This document shows, piece after piece, positions 60,630 to 60,671 of a stretch of DNA of 60,671 nucleotides. Source of the DNA: Candidatus Falkowbacteria bacterium (GTDB taxonomy: Bacteria > Patescibacteriota > Patescibacteriia > XYB2-FULL-38-15); assembly GCA_016214745.1 (NCBI GenBank), contig JACRNW010000009.1, forward strand, positions 1 to 60,671, written 5' to 3'. Every line of letters begins with the position of its first letter. Position 1 is the first letter of the stretch. Position numbers and translations under genes: made by a program. The notes below the pieces were generated by a model that worked only from the letters and a program-made list of their open reading frames with translations, searched no databases and was not told where the DNA came from.

Positions 60630-60671
60630 GTGGCTTGAAACCCAATCGTACGCGCGGAGTATCTGCCAACG

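Overview
This is a 60.7-kb low-GC bacterial chromosomal segment, roughly 40% G+C in spot counts. It uses the standard genetic code: TGA, TAA and TAG all terminate recognisable genes.

Gene content looks like a Candidate Phyla Radiation / Patescibacteria-type genome:
- a 23S-5S rRNA pair with no 16S upstream
- tRNAs without encoded CCA, plus a CCA-adding enzyme
- RtcB plus archease
- a four-subunit pyruvate:ferredoxin oxidoreductase
- a 2145-aa repeat-rich surface protein
- an envelope glycan locus (DUF4012-like protein, three GT4 glycosyltransferases, a polyprenyl-phosphate sugar transferase)
- housekeeping genes ileS, trpS, ruvA, uvrA, rnj, rplS and secG

I found no classical defence island, CRISPR array, transposase or integrase. 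What stands out is how heavily stable-RNA genes, ORFs and spacers are colonised by small structured elements.

(1) A family of long hairpins is clamped by CCCCCAC.../...GTGGGGG stems.
- Three copies sit in peripheral helices of an RNase P RNA that is about twice normal length. The copy at the P3 position encloses a complete GIY-YIG nuclease ORF.
- One copy sits in 23S rRNA.
- One copy splits a tRNA-Leu(CAG) gene and itself carries a second, intact tRNA-Leu(CAG).
- Other copies lie in spacers and in a 5' UTR.

(2) A conserved element occurs three times (GTGTTATCTGCGCTCGCTCG, then a hairpin, then CTCACTCGCTTGATAATAAA). Its central hairpin differs completely in sequence between copies but stays perfectly paired. 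Two of the three copies abut GC-rich islands.

(3) Four GC-rich islands carry small unknown ORFs (Cys-rich or membrane miniproteins). They are expressed from AT-rich, mutually similar promoter, leader and terminator modules.

(4) G/C-rich palindromic elements are inserted in frame into glycosyltransferase and archease genes.

(5) Dispersed 9-bp-periodic GATC / Shine-Dalgarno-like arrays and heptanucleotide tandem repeats occur in operon spacers and inside ORFs.

Two unrelated inserts interrupt the por operon. A cca-rtcB-archease-tRNA cluster offers a testable link to RNA-level removal of the intervening hairpins. All functional interpretations of the repeat families are inference from sequence only.
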